Assembly (NCBI GenBank): GCA_001782165.1
Contig: MFNV01000007.1
Location: 15,449 to 79,448, forward strand
From: Candidatus Levybacteria bacterium RIFCSPHIGHO2_01_FULL_41_15
GTDB lineage: Bacteria; Patescibacteriota; Microgenomatia; Levybacterales; UBA12049
DNA: 64,000 bases
Direction of reading: 5' to 3'
Shown: positions 56,402-64,000 of the stretch, piece after piece
Position numbering within the stretch: position 1 is the first letter of the stretch
How the letters are laid out: each line of letters starts with the position of its first letter
Translations under genes and position numbers: made by a program
Notes under the pieces: model-generated
What the model was told of the DNA's origin: nothing
Database searches by the model: none
Seen by the model: only the letters and a program-made list of their open reading frames with translations

Positions 56402-57487
56402 TTAGGAGGGTTCTTTTTCTTCGACTCCTACGGCAACTGGGGTGCCGCCGGCGGATTTGCTTTTTTTGATAATCTCATCAACGATTTTTTTGGCGACCTC
56501 ATGTTTCTCTTTGAGGAAATCTATAGTCGCCGCCTTTCCTTGTCCTAGCATTAAATCTCTGTATCTAAAGAATGCTCCGGATTTTCCTATGATCCCCATC
56601 TCAACTCCTACATCAACAATCCCGCCTTCTCTTGAGATTCCGGTATCTGCTATTACATCAAATTCTGCAATTCTAAAGGGAGCTGAAACTTTATTTTTGA
56701 CAATTTTTGCTCTATGTCTTGAGCCCACAACTTTATCACCATCTTTTAAAGACTCAATTTTTCTTACGTCAATTCTTACCGATGAATAAAACTTAAGAGC
56801 AAGACCTCCTGTTGTTGTTTCGGGATTTCCAAACATTACACCGATTTTTTGGCGCAATTGATTTGTAAAAATTACGACTGTTTTTGATTTTGAAATAACG
56901 CCTGTAAGTTTTCGAAGGGCCTGCGACATTAGACGGGCCTGAAGTCCCATCATCGAATCGCCCATTTCTCCTTCAATTTCTGCCCGTGGAACCAAAGCCG
57001 CCACAGAATCAATTACCAAAACATCGACGCCTCCTGAGCGAATCAAACTTTCTGCAATCTCCAAGGCCTGCTCTCCTGTATCAGGCTGGGATATCAAAAG
57101 CTCAGGCAGTTTTACTCCGATTCTTTCTGCCCACAAAGGATCAAGGGCGTGCTCGGCGTCTATAAAGGCCGCAACTCCTCCTGTTTTTTGCGCTTGTGCA
57201 ATAATCGAGAGAGCAATTGTTGTTTTCCCGGACGCCTCCGGACCAAAAATTTCAACAACCCTTCCTCTTGGCACTCCACCTACCCCAAGTGCCAAATCCA
57301 GAGGCAAACACCCCGTTGAGATAACAGAGACATCCAATTTTTGCCCTGCCTCCCCAAAACGCATTATGGAACCTCTTCCGTATTGCTTTTCAATCTGTTC
57401 CATTGCAAGTTTTATCGCATCAAGTTTTTTAGAGGCCTCTGTGGGTCCGTTTGGTGAAGTTTTTTGCGGAGATTGATGTTTGGCCAT
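56402..57487 (-). CDS. recA: recombinase RecA
   Basis: [37 protein letters not shown]; start ATG 57487 after TTGTAT-N17-TACAAT. Confidence 0.98.
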   Translation of the reverse strand: MAKHQSPQKTSPNGPTEASKKLDAIKLAMEQIEKQYGRGSIMRFGEAGQKLDVSVISTGCLPLDLALGVGGVPRGRVVEIFGPEASGKTTIALSIIAQAQKTGGVAAFIDAEHALDPLWAERIGVKLPELLISQPDTGEQALEIAESLIRSGGVDVLVIDSVAALVPRAEIEGEMGDSMMGLQARLMSQALRKLTGVISKSKTVVIFTNQLRQKIGVMFGNPETTTGGLALKFYSSVRIDVRKIESLKDGDKVVGSRHRAKIVKNKVSAPFRIAEFDVIADTGISREGGIVDVGVEMGIIGKSGAFFRYRDLMLGQGKAATIDFLKEKHEVAKKIVDEIIKKSKSAGGTPVAVGVEEKEPS

Positions 57488-57535
57488 TTTCGTTTCAATT
57501 GTAAACATTCTTATGTTAAAATACAAGATGTAAAA

Positions 57536-57606
57536 CGGGGAGTAGTTTACCGGTAGAATACGCGCATGGGGTGCGTGTGGACGGGGTTCAATTCCCCGCT
57601 CCCCGA
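57536..57606 (+). tRNA. tRNA-Pro (anticodon GGG), CCA not encoded
   Basis: Acceptor CGGGGAG/CTCCCCG+A, anticodon arm CGCGC-ATGGGGT-GCGTG, T arm GGTTCAATTCC. Confidence 0.92.
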
Positions 57607-57682
57607 CCCTTCGGCAAGCTCAGGGTCTTCGACTCAATAAATGAAAACTCTGATTTGCCGAAAGGAACTGAGTTTGTCGAAG
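57605..57682. repeat. REP-like family B copies abutting the tRNA 3' end
   Basis: GACCCTtcggcaagctcAGGGTC, then CTTCGAC...ctgagtttGTCGAAG. Confidence 0.7.
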
Positions 57683-57692
57683 CTCTCTTACT

Positions 57693-58337
57693 TTAACTCC
57701 TAACCAATTCCTGTACAGAAAGACGTCTAAGAGAAGCAATCCGTCTTACGTTTGGGTAATCTTGACTTTCTTTTCTTGAAAAGAGCATTCCGCCTGTCAA
57801 TGATTGGACAATAAAAACTGAAGTTTGAGGAAATGCCCTTGCAATCATAAGCCCCTCAACGGGATTGTCTTCAATAACAGCAACTTGCTTATAACCATCA
57901 ACAAGCCTTTGTACATGTATTAATTTACCTGTCTCTGCATTTACATGTTTTGGTCTAAACAAAACATCCTGAAAAAAAGGCATGACTTCTCCATCTTCCA
58001 ATGTCCTCAATGTTTCTTTGATCCACCTTTGAGTGTTAGGTCTTCCTGTGACCCCAAAAATGTCAATGCCGCTTCCATAAACTTCTTCAAGGAGTTTTCT
58101 TGCTTGAGGAGTTACTCTTCTTCTTGCTAAAACTTTTAATAAAACCCACTCGTAGGGATTTAGTGGGACATTAATAGGACTGGCACTTTCAGTGCCAGTA
58201 TGAAAATCAATATTTTTTGGGGGTTCAAAAATACGGCGGCCAAGAACAACTCTTTTTCCCAAAGTTTTTAAATATGGGGTAGGTCCACCTATTACAACAC
58301 CATCTAAATCAGCTGATAAAGCTGCTTCTTTTTTCAT
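57693..58337 (-). CDS. HAD superfamily phosphatase-like protein
   Basis: DLDGV motif I, VTGRP motif II, Lys, IEDN motif IV. Confidence 0.7.
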   Translation of the reverse strand: MKKEAALSADLDGVVIGGPTPYLKTLGKRVVLGRRIFEPPKNIDFHTGTESASPINVPLNPYEWVLLKVLARRRVTPQARKLLEEVYGSGIDIFGVTGRPNTQRWIKETLRTLEDGEVMPFFQDVLFRPKHVNAETGKLIHVQRLVDGYKQVAVIEDNPVEGLMIARAFPQTSVFIVQSLTGGMLFSRKESQDYPNVRRIASLRRLSVQELVRS

Positions 58338-58447
58338 CAGGCAAATATACTATATCAAGGTACAAGAAGTCAAAAAATTTATATGCTTGCAGATACCCTA
58401 ATCAGGTTGCATTCGATATAAAAATCGGTTAAAATAGGCTTTTGCAG

Positions 58448-59386
58448 ATGAGAAGATCTTCGGAACAACAGCCCCTGGTGGGTTTTGATAATAGCGGAAA
58501 TAGAAACGGAAGTCCTAAAACTCTTTTTGATAGAGCTATTCGCTGGGGTATTTCTAGAAAGGGTGGGGAAAGAAGCCAAAGGAGTATTTGGGAAAGGTTT
58601 CCAGAACTTGGAAGACTTAAGGAAAATTCCCCAGAAAAATTCCCAGACAATGCACTTCTCATCCCCGACGGCAATGGTACGTGGGCTAAACTTCGGGGAT
58701 TAGAGGTTGAAGCTGGACATGAAGCAGGAGCAGATGTTCTTGTCAATTCTTTTCCAAATCTAATTCAAACTTATCCATATATAAGGTATCTAGGAGGTTG
58801 GGGATTGTCAGTAAATAACCTAGGAAGACCAAAGAAAGAGGTAGATTACTTAATGGATCTTTTCAGAAGAACTTTGATACGTTTATATCCTCATTTTATG
58901 AATAACAATATAGCTTTTATACGCTTGGGAAGGGACGATGTATTAGATTCATACCCTGCTACTCGAACTGTTTTTGAAGAAATCCAACATTCAACTAGAA
59001 ACCATACAGGTTTGGCTTTTTACATACCTCTTGGGTTTGATGGAGCTGATCAAAATCTAAGAATTGCTCAAAAAATTGGAACACTTGTTAAAGAGGGGAA
59101 AGTAGATCCTAGCAATATTTCAGAAGAACTCCTTCAAAAACTTAGAGATGGTGGGGGTAAAATTCCACCTGCTGATTTGATTATAAGAACTTCGCAAGAA
59201 AGAACATCAGACATAGGCTGGCTGAATGGGAAAGAAACAGAGCTTTATTTTATGCCTAAAAAACTCTTTCCAGATTTTGGGCTCCCAGATTTTACTAAGG
59301 CTATAATGGCTTTTTCTAGAAGAAACAGAAAATTTGGCTTGAGGTCACAAACTGAAACTTTTGCGGGGAACGTTTATCCCGCGTAA
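58448..59386 (+). CDS. uppS: cis-prenyltransferase (undecaprenyl diphosphate synthase family)
   Basis: IPDGNGTWA, GH..G, S.NN..RPKKEV..LM, DLIIRTS, PDF, RRNRKFG; promoter TTGCAT-N17-TAAAAT. Confidence 0.85.
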   Translation: MRRSSEQQPLVGFDNSGNRNGSPKTLFDRAIRWGISRKGGERSQRSIWERFPELGRLKENSPEKFPDNALLIPDGNGTWAKLRGLEVEAGHEAGADVLVNSFPNLIQTYPYIRYLGGWGLSVNNLGRPKKEVDYLMDLFRRTLIRLYPHFMNNNIAFIRLGRDDVLDSYPATRTVFEEIQHSTRNHTGLAFYIPLGFDGADQNLRIAQKIGTLVKEGKVDPSNISEELLQKLRDGGGKIPPADLIIRTSQERTSDIGWLNGKETELYFMPKKLFPDFGLPDFTKAIMAFSRRNRKFGLRSQTETFAGNVYPA

Positions 59387-59389
59387 AAA

Positions 59390-59857
59390 TTATCTCTTTG
59401 GAGACTGTCTTTTTCTTCTTGCTTTTCCGCCCATTCCAACTTTTCTTCGTTCCCTTACTCTTGCATCGCGAGTTAAAAATCCTTTTTTCCGCAAAACCGA
59501 TCTATATTTTTCAGAATCAAAGGCCACCAATGCCCGGGAAATTCCAAGAATGATGGCACCTAGCTGAGAACTATGCCCTCCTCCTGAAACTTTAATATTA
59601 AACTCAAATTTTGCAAGAGTATCCGTTATCTGAAGGGGTTCCGTATAAATTGCTTTTTGAATTTTCCCGGGAAAAACTTCTTCAATTTTTTTATCGTTTA
59701 CGAAAACCTCTCCTTTTTTAATTTCTTTTGTTCCGCTTGGATAAAGTCTTACCCGAGCCACCGCCTCTTTTCTTCTGCCGACAGCATAGATAAATTTATC
59801 ATTATTTTTCTTCTTTGGTTCCTTCTCTTGAATTCCTGTTTTTTTTGATCCTGGCAT
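59390..59857 (-). CDS. rpsI: 30S ribosomal protein S9
   Basis: GRRKEAVARV, GGGHSSQ, LTRDARVRERRKVG..KARRKRQSPKR. Confidence 0.97.
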   Translation of the reverse strand: MPGSKKTGIQEKEPKKKNNDKFIYAVGRRKEAVARVRLYPSGTKEIKKGEVFVNDKKIEEVFPGKIQKAIYTEPLQITDTLAKFEFNIKVSGGGHSSQLGAIILGISRALVAFDSEKYRSVLRKKGFLTRDARVRERRKVGMGGKARRKRQSPKR

Positions 59858-59925
59858 GATAGTAATATTAAATATTAAATAGCAAATAGTAAATACACAT
59901 AGAAAAAATTAAAAATATTTGATAT

Positions 59926-60375
59926 TTAATCTGTATTTTTGATATTTGATTTTTGATTTTTTATTTTATCACTGTAGGGATGGTTTTCATCGGGAAAGAC
60001 ATAAAGTCTTGTAAGCATCCGGTCTCTAAGTTTATTCTGGGGAAGCATCCCTTTTACTGCATGCCTTATAATTTCCTTTGGATTTGTCTCCTTTAGTTCC
60101 TTGAAAGTTCTTATCTTAAATCCTCCAGGATATCCGGAATGTCTGTAGTATTTTTTATTCTCCTCTTTGTTGCCTGTGACTTTAACCTTGCCTGCGTTAA
60201 CAACAACTACATAATCCCCGCAATCAAGATTTCTTACAAAATAAGGTTTTCCTTTCCCCATTAAAAGTTTTGCGATATCCGAAGCAGTCCTTCCCAAGAT
60301 TTTATCTTTAATATCAACAAGATGCCACTCCCGTTTTATATCAGATATTTTTGTGGGCCTTGTAATTTTGTCCAT
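59926..60375 (-). CDS. rplM: 50S ribosomal protein L13
   Basis: WHLVD, LGRTAS, DCGDYVVVVN, HSGYPGG, AVKGMLP. Confidence 0.97.
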   Translation of the reverse strand: MDKITRPTKISDIKREWHLVDIKDKILGRTASDIAKLLMGKGKPYFVRNLDCGDYVVVVNAGKVKVTGNKEENKKYYRHSGYPGGFKIRTFKELKETNPKEIIRHAVKGMLPQNKLRDRMLTRLYVFPDENHPYSDKIKNQKSNIKNTD

Positions 60376-60377
60376 AA

Positions 60378-60887
60378 TTATTTTTTATTTTTTGATTTAG
60401 TTTTCTTTGCTTCTTTCTTTAGTTCCGTCTTGTTAGGGCTCTTTTTAGTTTGTCTTCTTTTAGTATCTTTTGTTTGCATTTTTCTGTCCTTTTTTTCTTT
60501 AGAATTCTGAATTTTAAGCTCTGAATTCTCAATTTTATTTTCCGTCCATTCCATTAAAACCATTTCTGCATTGTCGGAAACTCTTTTTCCTAATCTTACT
60601 ATTCTTGTATAGCCGCCTTGTCTTTTTGCAAATCTTGGGGCAATTTTTTCCATCAGCTTATCAATGGCATTTGGAAAAAGATAGGAGGAAAGAAGTCTTT
60701 TGGCATCCTTTCCTTTTTCTTTCGCCTTTGTTATAATTTTGTCCGCATCCCTCTTTACTGCTTTTGCTTTTGCTTCTGTCGTTTTGATTCTTTCTTTCAA
60801 AACCAAAGAGGAAAGAAGACTCTTAAAAAGAGCTTTTCTTTGATTTGTATCTCTTTTGAATCTTCTTCCAAAAACATTCTTTCGCAT
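60378..60887 (-). CDS. rplQ: 50S ribosomal protein L17 with basic tail
   Basis: RKAL, IKTTEAKAK, RQGGYTRI..R..DNAEM. Confidence 0.95.
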   Translation of the reverse strand: MRKNVFGRRFKRDTNQRKALFKSLLSSLVLKERIKTTEAKAKAVKRDADKIITKAKEKGKDAKRLLSSYLFPNAIDKLMEKIAPRFAKRQGGYTRIVRLGKRVSDNAEMVLMEWTENKIENSELKIQNSKEKKDRKMQTKDTKRRQTKKSPNKTELKKEAKKTKSKNKK

Positions 60888-60932
60888 ATTTCGACTTTAC
60901 TCAATATGACCCTTCGACATACTCAGGGTCAT
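60888..60932. repeat. REP-like family B copies
   Basis: atttcgactttactcaat and ATGACCCTtcgacatactcAGGGTCAT. Confidence 0.65.
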
Positions 60933-60989
60933 AATAAAACAAACGACAGGTTCTCCCTATCGCAGAATAAATTCTTATGGGATCTTCGA

Positions 60990-61910
60990 TTATTGCGGCA
61001 GTTCTATTTCTCTTTCTTTCAGTTTTTCCCCAATGATAGCAACAGATTTACTCCCCATATTTCTCATCGACATAAGCTCTTTTCGGGGCATTGAAAGAAG
61101 ATCCCCAAATGTTTCAACGTCTCCATTTCTTAAGCTGTTATAAATTCTGGTCGGAAGATCCAATTCATCAATTGTGAGGTTCAAGACATTCTCAGGTATA
61201 GAAGGCGATACGGAAATACTATCTGAGGGAACTGATTTAGGCTGAAATATTTGAGAGAAATAAGAGGAGAGTATTCTTCCCCCTTCATTCAGGGCATCCC
61301 GGGGCGAAACTGCTCCATTGGTCCATACTCGAATAGTCAGTTTGTCAAGATCTGTCTGCCTTCCTACACGAGTTGCTGAAACTTCGTAATTTACCCTTCT
61401 TACAGGAGTAAAAATTGCATCCGTTGGAATAACACCGATTGTTGAGGCTTTTCTTTCTTCGGCAAGCGAGTACCCAAGTCCTCTTTCAACAGTGAGCTCT
61501 ATGTCAATCTTTGCCTTACTATCACTTAAATGCCCAAGATAATGATCTTTGTTTGCAACTTCAATATCCTCGGGAAGTTCAAGATCTTGAGCTGTTATTT
61601 TCTTAGGTCCTTTGACGGAAAGTTTCATAACGCTTGATGTTTTGGAATCGAGAAGTTTAAGATTTAAGTCTTTAATATTAAGAAGAAGATCCACAACGTT
61701 TTCCTTAAGTCCGGGAATTGTGGAAAATTTATGTCTTACGCCAGAGATTTTAACGGAGGTAACAGCAGCTCCGGGAATTGAAGACAATAATACCCTTCGA
61801 AGAGAATTTCCCAAAGTGTGACCATAACCGGGCTCAAGCGGCTCTATAACAAACTCTCCAAAATTTTTTTCAATCTTCTCCTCTTTTACTTTTAGAACTG
61901 GGTCGAGCAT
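60990..61910 (-). CDS. rpoA: RNA polymerase alpha subunit
   Basis: IEPLEPGYGHTLGNSLRRVLLS, DAIFTPV, RVGRQTD; start ATG 61910. Confidence 0.97.
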   Translation of the reverse strand: MLDPVLKVKEEKIEKNFGEFVIEPLEPGYGHTLGNSLRRVLLSSIPGAAVTSVKISGVRHKFSTIPGLKENVVDLLLNIKDLNLKLLDSKTSSVMKLSVKGPKKITAQDLELPEDIEVANKDHYLGHLSDSKAKIDIELTVERGLGYSLAEERKASTIGVIPTDAIFTPVRRVNYEVSATRVGRQTDLDKLTIRVWTNGAVSPRDALNEGGRILSSYFSQIFQPKSVPSDSISVSPSIPENVLNLTIDELDLPTRIYNSLRNGDVETFGDLLSMPRKELMSMRNMGSKSVAIIGEKLKEREIELPQ

Positions 61911-61927
61911 AAAGTGATATTTTAACA

Positions 61928-62536
61928 CTAACGTGAGTAATATTCAATGATTAATTGTAAATTAAATGGGATTTGCAAATCCTCCATTTTAGGGACCCTG
62001 ATTAATTTTCCCGAATCCCCCTTCTTTTGAAGAAAGGAAATAACTTCTTTATCTTTTTCATCTTCAAGAATCTTTAAAACATTTGTCGATTTCATAATTT
62101 TGGGCGAAAGCGAAACAACATTATCTACTTTAACGGAATAAGACGGAATATTCACCCTCTTCCCATTTATCAAAATGTGGCCATGGGAAACAAGCTGTCT
62201 TGCCATAAATCTTGATTTGGCAAAACCGAGTCTGTAAACAACGTTATCAAGTCTGGTCTCAAGAAGAGACATAAGAATTTCTCCGGTGTCTCCTTTTTTT
62301 CGGGAAGCTTCATTTATTAATCTTTTAAATTGCTTTTCCAAAAGACCATATGTTGCTTTGACTTTCTGTTTCTCTCTAAGTTGAGACCCAAACTCCGAGA
62401 GTCTTCGTTTTCTCTTTTTACCATGGGCTCCTGGAGGAATATTAAGTCTTCTCTTTAGACTTGCGGAACTTTTATCAAGAACATTTATTCCTTCTCTTCG
62501 TGCTAATTTGTGTTTAGGTCCTGTATACCTAGCCAT
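61928..62536 (-). CDS. rpsD: 30S ribosomal protein S4
   Basis: MARYTGP, LREKQK, LETRLDNVVYRLGF, IIEYYSR. Confidence 0.97.
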   Translation of the reverse strand: MARYTGPKHKLARREGINVLDKSSASLKRRLNIPPGAHGKKRKRRLSEFGSQLREKQKVKATYGLLEKQFKRLINEASRKKGDTGEILMSLLETRLDNVVYRLGFAKSRFMARQLVSHGHILINGKRVNIPSYSVKVDNVVSLSPKIMKSTNVLKILEDEKDKEVISFLQKKGDSGKLIRVPKMEDLQIPFNLQLIIEYYSR

Positions 62537-62548
62537 TTTTTACCTTCC

Positions 62549-62576
62549 GAAATTTGAAATTTGAAATTTGAAATTT
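62549..62576. repeat. perfect heptamer tandem (GAAATTT)x4
   Basis: Between rpsK and rpsD. Confidence 0.85.
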
Positions 62577-62580
62577 ATTC

Positions 62581-62979
62581 TCATACTCTCCTTTTCTTCT
62601 TTGGTCTTGGTCCGTTGTGAGGAATGGGCGTTATGTCTGATATAAGAGATATAGACAGTCCACCTGATCTAACAGCTCTTAGAGCTGAGTCTCTCCCCGA
62701 CCCCGGACCTTTTATATAAACATCTACTATTTTAAGCCCCTTTTCTACAGCTTTTTTAACGGCCTGCTCCATCGCAACTGTCGCAGCATAAGGAGTTGAT
62801 TTTCGTGTCCCCTTAAACCCTGCCGCTCCTGATGACCCCCATGATATAGTATCTCCCTTGTTATTTGTAACGTTTACTAAAGTGTTGTTAAAGGTTGAAG
62901 TAATATAAATTCGCCCGTGTTCAGTAACTGTTGCTCCGGTCTTTTTCTTAGATTTGACTGCCTCTATTTTTTTTGCCAT
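62581..62979 (-). CDS. rpsK: 30S ribosomal protein S11
   Basis: STFNNT, GFKGTRKSTPYAA, GPGSGR, TPIPHNG. Confidence 0.97.
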   Translation of the reverse strand: MAKKIEAVKSKKKTGATVTEHGRIYITSTFNNTLVNVTNNKGDTISWGSSGAAGFKGTRKSTPYAATVAMEQAVKKAVEKGLKIVDVYIKGPGSGRDSALRAVRSGGLSISLISDITPIPHNGPRPKKKRRV

Positions 62980-63380
62980 TATTTTTTAGACTCCAAAATT
63001 CCCATTTTTGCTGCAACCTCTTTTTTGATTGCTCCTATTGTTACTCTCTTTCCTCTTTTTGTTCTTGCATTTGATCTTGTCCTCTGACCCCTTGCAGGAA
63101 GATTTCTTGAGTGTCTTATACCTCTATATGCTCCCGTCTCCTTGAGTCTTTTGATATTCCCTGAAATTTCTGCCCTAAGATCTCCTTCAAGCCTATAAGT
63201 TTCCAAAACTTTTTGGATTCTTTTTTGTTCTTCCTCAGATAAGGAATTAGTTCGCTTGCTTGCATCAATCTCTGCTTTTTTCAAAATTTCATTAACATTA
63301 TTTCTTCCTATCCCATAGAGATAAGAAAGCGCAATATCAATTCTTTTTTCATCTGGTATATTTACTCCTGCAATTCTCAT
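62979..63380 (-). CDS. rpsM: 30S ribosomal protein S13
   Basis: MRIAGVNIP, YGIG, YRGIRH..LP.RGQRTRSNARTKRG; start ATG 63380. Confidence 0.97.
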   Translation of the reverse strand: MRIAGVNIPDEKRIDIALSYLYGIGRNNVNEILKKAEIDASKRTNSLSEEEQKRIQKVLETYRLEGDLRAEISGNIKRLKETGAYRGIRHSRNLPARGQRTRSNARTKRGKRVTIGAIKKEVAAKMGILESKK

Positions 63381-63385
63381 ATAAT

Positions 63386-63455
63386 AGTTATGAGTTATGA
63401 GTCGCAAGTTATGAGTGATTTTTTACTCCGAACACATAACTGCGAACCCATAACT
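63386..63455. repeat. inverted heptamer tract (AGTTATG)n...(CATAACT)n
   Basis: Fills the rpmJ-rpsM spacer. Confidence 0.75.
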
Positions 63456-63458
63456 TTC

Positions 63459-63572
63459 TTAGCCTTGTCTTTGTTTATGCCTAGGGTTTTCGCAAACAAC
63501 GCGCAAAACACCCTTACGCTTTATTATTCTACATTTCATACATCTTGGTTTAATACTTGCCTGCACCTTCAT
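63459..63572 (-). CDS. rpmJ: 50S ribosomal protein L36 (not in ORF track)
   Basis: [37 protein letters not shown]. Confidence 0.96.
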   Translation of the reverse strand: MKVQASIKPRCMKCRIIKRKGVLRVVCENPRHKQRQG

Positions 63573-63608
63573 GTTTCAAACTAATAACTAACAACTAATA
63601 ACTTATAA

Positions 63609-63827
63609 CTACTTATATCTATACGTAATCCTCCCTTTTGTCTTGTCATATGGAGTCATCTCAAGTCTCACTCTATCACCGGGTAAAATTTTGATAAAGT
63701 TCATCCTCATCTTACCTGAAAGATGACACAAGACTATGCTCCCGTCATTAAGTTCAACTCTAAAGAGAGTATTGGGCAGAGCCTCTTTAACAACTCCATC
63801 TACCTCAAACGACCCTTGATGAACCAT
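63609..63827 (-). CDS. infA: translation initiation factor IF-1
   Basis: [38 protein letters not shown]. Confidence 0.97.
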   Translation of the reverse strand: MVHQGSFEVDGVVKEALPNTLFRVELNDGSIVLCHLSGKMRMNFIKILPGDRVRLEMTPYDKTKGRITYRYK

Positions 63828-63833
63828 AAAAAT

Positions 63834-63902
63834 AAATTGCTACATTGCTCTATTGCTAAATTGTTATTCTTAACAATGCAACAATTAAACAATGCAACAA
63901 TT
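63834..63902. repeat. inverted octamer-period tract
   Basis: (nnATTGCT)n followed by (AACAATGC/AACAATTA)n. Confidence 0.7.
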
Positions 63903-63946
63903 TTCCAAACTATTATATCAGATCAGCTTCGAAACAGCAACAAAAA

Positions 63947-64000
63947 CTATGCGGTAAGAACCAAAGATCCTTCTCTAGTTATCGCTATGGTTCTTTCAAA
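63947..64000 (-). CDS. map: methionine aminopeptidase, C-terminal end only
   Basis: FERTIAITREGSLVLTA*, resembles the FEHT..IT..G..ILT end of Map; upstream of infA. Confidence 0.7.
   Translation of the reverse strand, partial: FERTIAITREGSLVLTA

Noticed and set aside
57536-59386. tRNA-integrated genomic island
   Set aside because: No integrase and no duplicated tRNA 3' end seen downstream.

Overview
AT-rich bacterial chromosomal window, mostly minus-strand genes. The gene set (class I LysRS, truncated TsaB, no truA between rplQ and rplM, many orphan membrane proteins, almost no biosynthetic genes) suggests a Patescibacteria/CPR genome, probably Microgenomates; this is an inference. Contents in order: a nucleotide-sugar and glycosylation cluster (rmlA/B/D, ugd, rmd, gmd, uxs, GT2-GtrA, GT-C); tsaB/C/E; ftsEX plus an M23 protein; two secreted subtilases and other accessory genes splitting the secA-prfB-ftsEX synteny; serS, rdgB, lysS, greA, a coaD-DUF359 fusion, tsaD, rmuC, a UvrD-nuclease fusion, rnpB, an ABC exporter, HU, rny, recX, recA, tRNA-Pro, uppS; and the distal ribosomal cluster (map to rpsI). 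No CRISPR array, prophage or transposase was seen. The most notable unexplained structure is a pervasive set of tiny repeats: AT-rich 7-8 nt period tracts, often as inverted pairs, plus GC-rich hairpin elements with compensatory base changes. They sit at gene junctions and in frame inside conserved genes, with five such tracts in tsaD alone. Other highlights: a stand-alone 11-codon basic peptide gene with its own promoter, SD and downstream hairpin; a free-standing subtilase prodomain gene next to a dockerin-bearing subtilase; a circularly permuted M23 domain; a structured ~150-nt rny leader; a greA leader terminator; and widespread leaderless-type promoters. All calls come from motif reading only; no database search or folding program was run.
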